DNA of 29,475 nucleotides from a virus (Duplodnaviria; Heunggongvirae; Uroviricota; Caudoviricetes): IMG/VR virus record IMGVR_UViG_2778261167_000005, positions 1 to 29,475 of that record; one strand, 5' to 3'. Shown piece by piece: positions 24,846 to 29,475 of this stretch (position 1 is its first letter; each line of letters starts with the position of its first letter). The notes under the pieces were generated by a model. It saw only the letters and a program-made list of their open reading frames with translations, ran no database searches and was not told where the DNA came from. The position numbers and the translations under genes were made by a program.

Positions 24846-25779
24846 CCCTACGCGATCGGCAAAGCAGGTCACCGCGATGTTCCGTGATATCGAGGATCGG
24901 TATCTCGGCATCAAGCGAGCGCTGAAAGCCCTGTTTGACCAGCGCCTGACCGGGCGTGAGCGTGAGGTAAATAGCCATAACTGGCATTTCCTGTGCCATG
25001 TTAACGGTGACGAGCCTACGCTTTACCAGGTCAACGCTGGCAAGTTTATCTACGACATGTCGGCGCAGGAACTGGCGGATTTGCTGGAAGCGGTGCAGTC
25101 GATTCTGGATGATTACCTGCTTGATGGTGGCGAGCAAAACCTCTGGGCGATGGATTATGTCGTTGCAGAAGCGCAGCGCGGCACGCTGGAGGCATTCAAT
25201 AACCTCTCGCAGCAGTCCCAGGTTTACGCCAGTCAGACGACGCTACAGCAGCTATTAAGCAGCCCCGGTTATCTTAATCAGATATCGGCGGCCAGGCTGA
25301 CAACGTTCAGTGACTGGAAGGTCATCAGCGACACCGCTCGCGGCGACCTGACTAACATCATCACCGATGCGGTAGCGCGCGGAGTGAATCCTCGTGAAAC
25401 GGCCAGCGTCATCAGCAAGCGCCTCGATGTTTCGATGTCGAAGGCAAAGACCATCGCTCAGACTGAGCAGGTCGGCGCGCTACGTGAAGCTCAGTGGAAT
25501 GAAACGGACTGGGCGGCAGACAGGCTGGGACTGAATACCGGCCTGCTGTGGCTGTCAGCGCTCAAGCCGACGACGCGCACCTGGCACGCCAGTCGCCACG
25601 GCAAGGTCTACACCGCAGAAGAGGTACGTGACTTCTACGCCGAGAACGGTAACCGGTACAACTGCTACTGCAGCCAGATTCCGGTACTGCTCAACGACGA
25701 CGGCAGTATATTTAATGAAGGACTGACTGATAAGCTGGAGAAAGAACGTAAGGCGTGGCAGAGTATTGATGTTAATTAA
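24772..25779 (+). CDS. Head morphogenesis / minor capsid protein (Mu F-like or SPP1 gp7-like)
   Basis: 335 aa; AAGGTGA RBS; overlaps the portal 3' end in another frame; assignment by position and size. Confidence 0.5.
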   Translation: MIHWPMTPEQTAKVGLPIVPRSKVDPTRSAKQVTAMFRDIEDRYLGIKRALKALFDQRLTGREREVNSHNWHFLCHVNGDEPTLYQVNAGKFIYDMSAQELADLLEAVQSILDDYLLDGGEQNLWAMDYVVAEAQRGTLEAFNNLSQQSQVYASQTTLQQLLSSPGYLNQISAARLTTFSDWKVISDTARGDLTNIITDAVARGVNPRETASVISKRLDVSMSKAKTIAQTEQVGALREAQWNETDWAADRLGLNTGLLWLSALKPTTRTWHASRHGKVYTAEEVRDFYAENGNRYNCYCSQIPVLLNDDGSIFNEGLTDKLEKERKAWQSIDVN

Positions 25780-25791
25780 TTCTGCTAATAC

Positions 25792-26127
25792 ATGGAATTG
25801 TCTATGAGTCTTCAGTATCAATATTTCGAACCAGGCATTGAAGTAATCCCATTCGGCCCTACCGAGGACAAATTCGTAGAGCCACAGCGACATTTTACAG
25901 TATCGGGTGACCAGAAAGAAGTTCATGCTTATCTAGAGGCTGTGTCGAGTGTGGTTAACACTAAATTCAGCGTGTTTTACGATATGCGCATAGAAAGTAG
26001 AAATACTGCAGTAGGTTTTTCAGATGCAATGGTCAACTTAGTTTTCTGTTTTGATCCAACAAATGCATTAGATGAAGATGCATTTAAAGAGAAATTTATT
26101 CTGCCTTTCAGAAATATGTTTATTTGA
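25792..26127 (+). CDS. Low-GC hypothetical protein inserted in the head module
   Basis: 111-aa ORF, markedly AT-rich, followed by its own intrinsic terminator. Confidence 0.4.
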   Translation: MELSMSLQYQYFEPGIEVIPFGPTEDKFVEPQRHFTVSGDQKEVHAYLEAVSSVVNTKFSVFYDMRIESRNTAVGFSDAMVNLVFCFDPTNALDEDAFKEKFILPFRNMFI

Positions 26128-26146
26128 TACGTATAAGTCTTCCTAA

Positions 26147-26174
26147 GGTCGCTCCGGCGGCCTTTTTTATTGCC
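26147..26174 (+). terminator. Intrinsic terminator
   Basis: GGTCGC-TCCG-GCGGCC stem (one G-U pair) then TTTTTTATT. Confidence 0.6.
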
Positions 26175-26199
26175 TGAAATCCACCAATGAGGACGAAAC

Positions 26200-27558
26200 G
26201 TGAAGCTATCCAGCATCCACGTTAAATCCCTCGCCATCAACGCCTCCAACATCTCAACGACCACCATCAACGGACAGGAACACTACGTCATTCGTGGTGC
26301 GGTTCCGATCGTCGATGACATCGTGATGAATGGCGGCCTGTACCCGGCGGAGGAGATTAACAAAAGCTACCAGACGATGGAGCGCAAGTTGATGCCGATC
26401 GGCCATCCGATGGTGAACGGCAAATACGTCAGCGCCAACGACCCGCAGGCGGTTAACGATTATTACGCCGGGGCATGGGCTCAGAACGTCAGCAAGGCCA
26501 ACGACAAGGTCGTGATGGACGTTTACGTCAATAAGGCTGTGGCAGACACCAAGCCTGATGGTAAGCGCCTTATTCAGCGCCTGGACGACATGATTTCCGG
26601 CAATAACGCCGATCCGATTCATGTATCTACCGGTCTGCTGCTGAACAAAGAGCAAAAGACCGGTGAGTCTAAGCAGAAGAAATACTCCTGGGTCGCTCAC
26701 AACATGCAGTTCGACCACATTGCGATCCTGCTTGATGAGCCTGGCGCTGGCACGCCGGATGAAGGCGTCGGCATGTTCGTCAACGCTGACGGGCAAGAGG
26801 CTGATGTTGAATCGACGAGCCTCATTGATGCCGCCAACAGCATGAAGGACGGACTGCTGAATAAGGTGAAGTTGTTCTTCACCCACAACTCAGACGCTTC
26901 ATTCGACGAAATCTACCAGATGCTGCGTGAGGCTATCCGCGCGCCATCCGGCAGTGATGTCTATCGCTACGTTGTGACAGTCTGGCCGGACAAATTCATC
27001 TACGAAGAGGGCAACAAACTCTTCCAGCAAAAATATCTCATCGATGACAGCGAAGTGACGCTGGTCGGCGAGCCTGTAGAAGTCGTGCGCAAACCAACTG
27101 AGTACGAAGTCAAAACCAACGGAGAAACAAACCCGATGAAAGAGAAGATGATCGCCGCGCTCAATGCCGCAGGCGTTAAAACCGAGGGGCTGACCGACGA
27201 TCAGGTCTGGGATGCCTACAACCAGCAGACGAAGAAGAAAGATGGCGGCGACCCAGCACAGGCTCAGATTAACTCTGACGCGATTACTGCTGCTGTTAAT
27301 GCTGCGCTCACCCCGCTGAACGAAAAGCTGAGCAAGCTGGAAACTCAGCTGCAGGCAAATGCTGAAAGCGACCTGAAAACCAAGCGCGATGCTGTTAAAG
27401 CGAAATTCTCGTTCATGACCGAAGCGGCGATCAACTCGCTAGCTGGCGATGCGCTGAACGACTTGTACTCACAGTGCCAGACCAGCACCGGTCTGAACCC
27501 TGCATTCCAGGGGAATGGCGCTCAGAGTGAAATCCTTAACATGGAGGCACCTGAATAA
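26200..27558 (+). CDS. Putative scaffolding / prohead-processing protein
   Basis: 452 aa, GTG start with GAGGA RBS; helical, charged C-terminal half; position between head morphogenesis and capsid genes. Confidence 0.45.
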   Translation: MKLSSIHVKSLAINASNISTTTINGQEHYVIRGAVPIVDDIVMNGGLYPAEEINKSYQTMERKLMPIGHPMVNGKYVSANDPQAVNDYYAGAWAQNVSKANDKVVMDVYVNKAVADTKPDGKRLIQRLDDMISGNNADPIHVSTGLLLNKEQKTGESKQKKYSWVAHNMQFDHIAILLDEPGAGTPDEGVGMFVNADGQEADVESTSLIDAANSMKDGLLNKVKLFFTHNSDASFDEIYQMLREAIRAPSGSDVYRYVVTVWPDKFIYEEGNKLFQQKYLIDDSEVTLVGEPVEVVRKPTEYEVKTNGETNPMKEKMIAALNAAGVKTEGLTDDQVWDAYNQQTKKKDGGDPAQAQINSDAITAAVNAALTPLNEKLSKLETQLQANAESDLKTKRDAVKAKFSFMTEAAINSLAGDALNDLYSQCQTSTGLNPAFQGNGAQSEILNMEAPE

Positions 27559-28019
27559 TGGCTCTCGCACCTCGTTTCCATACCGTAATCGCGGGCCCGG
27601 CCCGTAAGAATGACCCGCAGGTCATTGAAGCAATCATGGCGGCGGCCGTGAAGCCTGGCTCACTGGTGATGCTCGACAGCACCGGGAAACTGGCAGTTCA
27701 CAATGTCGCTGGCGGCGCAGGCGTTGCTCTGGCTCTTCAGCACAACTATATCGGCGGCGGTGACATTCGCGACTCGGTTCCTGCAGGTGATACCGGCGCG
27801 GCCATCATGTGCGAAGACGATGTGGATTACCACATGCTGGTCAAAGCAGGCGAAGTGTTGCTGGAAAACGAAGGCCTGGTTTCTGCCGGTGACGGCACGC
27901 TTGCCAAGGCAACCACGCCAGCCACCGACCAGGTCCTCTTTTATTCACGCGAAAAAATCACCGTTGGCGCTGAAGCTCAGCTCGTGAAAGTTCGCAAATC
28001 AGGGAAAGCAACCGCATGA
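27558..28019 (+). CDS. Phage head structural protein (possible decoration or cement protein)
   Basis: 153 aa, Gly/Ala-rich; GGAGG RBS; position directly before the major capsid gene. Confidence 0.4.
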   Translation: MALAPRFHTVIAGPARKNDPQVIEAIMAAAVKPGSLVMLDSTGKLAVHNVAGGAGVALALQHNYIGGGDIRDSVPAGDTGAAIMCEDDVDYHMLVKAGEVLLENEGLVSAGDGTLAKATTPATDQVLFYSREKITVGAEAQLVKVRKSGKATA

Positions 28020-29071
28020 GCATGATCGTATTCAACAAAAAGCTGATCACCGAGCACAACCAGGTGAAGCAGGCATGGAATCAGCTGCTGATGCAGCGTG
28101 AATCCTTCAACATCAACCAGAACACTATTTCCGCCCAGTACGGCGGCGCGCTGGAAGTTAACCAGGCCGCGCTGATTTCCAAAGACTATTGGCGCGAAGT
28201 GGACAATATCACCACTCGAGTCTTCCGTAATGACGAAGGCAACGGCCTGCTGGACGATCTGCTTGCTCTCGGTACGCCAATCTCTATCGGCAAGACAGCG
28301 GCTCTGTACCGCGTCTCCAGTGACGCTGGCAAGGTTCATCGCACCCTGACCGGACACGTACCGGAAGAGTTGGATAAAGTCATCTACGATGAGGCTGGTG
28401 ATCCAATCCCGATCTTCAACACCGGCTACAGCCGAGAATGGCGTGAGTGGAACGGCATGCAGTCCGAAAACCTCGATGCAATGGCCGATGACCAGGAAGC
28501 GCATGTTGCTGCGATTCGCGCAGATATGGCTGACTACATGCTTTCCGGTGATGCGAAAGTGAAGGTGAAAGGCTATGTTGGCGCTGGTATCACCAACCAT
28601 GCCAACACCAACCAGGTGGATCTGGGTGCATCCGGTCTGAATATAGACCTGACCACCTCAACACCTGATCAACCAGTGGCCTTCTTCACTGGTCCGTTTG
28701 CTAAGTTGCTGGATGATAACTACGTGCAGGAGAAGGTTAAAGTTTGGGTATCTCCTGACATCATGAGAAACCTTAATCGACCATATTCTAACGCTGCCGG
28801 CTTTAAAGAAGGCACCGTTCTGGAATACATCATGCGCTATGGTCGCATTGAGTCTATTAACCAGACCTTCAAACTAACCGGTAACCACTTCGTTGCTTAC
28901 GTGCGTAACTCGCAGTACATCAAGACGCGAATCGCCGCGCCGGTTGGTACCTTCATGATCCCGCGTCAGAACCCGTTCGACAACTATAACTCTCTGGTCT
29001 GGAGTGCTGTCGGTCTGCAGATTAAGCGCGATTTCAACGGTCGTTCTAAAGTGTTCAACGCACAGGGTTAA
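28016..29071 (+). CDS. Major capsid protein (putative)
   Basis: 351 aa; position after scaffold and decoration genes; followed by a strong terminator. Confidence 0.55.
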   Translation: MSMIVFNKKLITEHNQVKQAWNQLLMQRESFNINQNTISAQYGGALEVNQAALISKDYWREVDNITTRVFRNDEGNGLLDDLLALGTPISIGKTAALYRVSSDAGKVHRTLTGHVPEELDKVIYDEAGDPIPIFNTGYSREWREWNGMQSENLDAMADDQEAHVAAIRADMADYMLSGDAKVKVKGYVGAGITNHANTNQVDLGASGLNIDLTTSTPDQPVAFFTGPFAKLLDDNYVQEKVKVWVSPDIMRNLNRPYSNAAGFKEGTVLEYIMRYGRIESINQTFKLTGNHFVAYVRNSQYIKTRIAAPVGTFMIPRQNPFDNYNSLVWSAVGLQIKRDFNGRSKVFNAQG

Positions 29072-29098
29072 GGGGCTTCGGCCCCTTTTCTTCAGGAG
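29072..29098 (+). terminator. Intrinsic terminator after the capsid gene
   Basis: GGGGC-TTCG-GCCCC stem then TTTTCTT. Confidence 0.65.
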
Positions 29099-29103
29099 AG
29101 AGC

Positions 29104-29475
29104 ATGAAAAAGTTAAAAGTCGAGAAGACTGGCTGCTGGGGAACGATTAACGGCGTATTCCAGCAACTGCCGGTGGGTCATGAGTTCGTTGCTGTTGCTG
29201 TGCCACCGGCTTTCGCTGGCCGTGTATCGGTCGTGGGTGAAGTCGAGGCTCAGGAGCTTGAAGTTGCGACGCCTAGTGCCGAAGATGCTCCTGCAGAGCA
29301 GGCAGAGCAGGCAGAGCAGGCAGAGCAGGCAGAGCAGGCAGAGCAGGCAGAGCAGGCAGAGCAGGCAGAGCAGGCAGAGCAGGCAGAGCAGGCAGAGCAG
29401 GCAGAGCAGGCAGAGCAGGCAGAGCAGGCAGAGCAGGCAGAGCAGGCAGAGCAGGCAGAGCAGGCAGAGCAGGCA
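29104..29475 (+). CDS. Partial ORF (5' part) ending in a perfect (AEQ)n tract; phage structural-region protein of unknown role
   Basis: AGGAGA RBS, ATG 29104; open to the window end (124 codons); residues 64 onward are (A-E-Q)n. Confidence 0.5.
   Translation, partial: MKKLKVEKTGCWGTINGVFQQLPVGHEFVAVAVPPAFAGRVSVVGEVEAQELEVATPSAEDAPAEQAEQAEQAEQAEQAEQAEQAEQAEQAEQAEQAEQAEQAEQAEQAEQAEQAEQAEQAEQA
29293..29475 (+). repeat. Perfect 9-bp tandem repeat (GCAGAGCAG)n, at least 20 copies, truncated by the window end
   Basis: Direct reading: gcagagcag repeated without mismatch from 29293 to the last base. Confidence 0.95.

Larger units (their letters stand above)
605..29475. mobile_element. Lambdoid (Rac-like) prophage, left end and most of the genome; right end lies beyond the window
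   Basis: Contiguous integrase, excisionase, RecET, repressor/Cro, replication, NinG, Q, lysis, terminase, portal and capsid modules in canonical lambdoid order, starting next to host yebY/sRNA. Confidence 0.85.

Noticed and set aside
20656-26174. Two terminators sharing the tail TTTTTTATTGCC (20671..20682 and 26163..26174) as evidence of a shared mobile cassette
   Set aside because: A 12-mer match is expected by chance at this sequence length, and T-rich terminator tails are compositionally biased.
29293-29475. CRISPR array
   Set aside because: The 9-bp units are contiguous with no spacers and lie in-frame within an ORF; this is a coding tandem repeat.

Overview
The window holds the left junction and about 28.8 kb of a lambdoid, Rac-like prophage in an enterobacterial chromosome; everything here is read by eye from the sequence and the ORF track, with no searches run. 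Host flank: yebY (1..342) and a plus-strand sRNA that looks like SdsR/RyeB (about 501..604); the prophage appears to have inserted into that sRNA locus. Prophage order: int/xis, a leftward early operon with a RecT/RecE recombination module, an immunity region (repressor, Cro/YdaS-like, YdaT-like), replication, a nin-like region with NinG, a Q-like antiterminator, late promoter and terminator, a pinholin / SAR-endolysin / Rz-Rz1 lysis cassette, TerS/TerL, portal and head genes. The last ORF is cut by the window end inside a perfect 9-bp tandem repeat. The best candidates for an undescribed system are low-GC accessory genes that break the operon logic: (1) a 306-aa ORF directly downstream of the repressor, in the position lambda uses for rexAB; (2) a three-gene low-GC island between Rz and terS, marked by a duplicated terS 5' end; (3) a membrane-anchored ORF on the opposite strand in the nin region. 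None of these three could be assigned a function from sequence. Gene starts are approximate; CDS coordinates include the stop codon, as in the ORF track.
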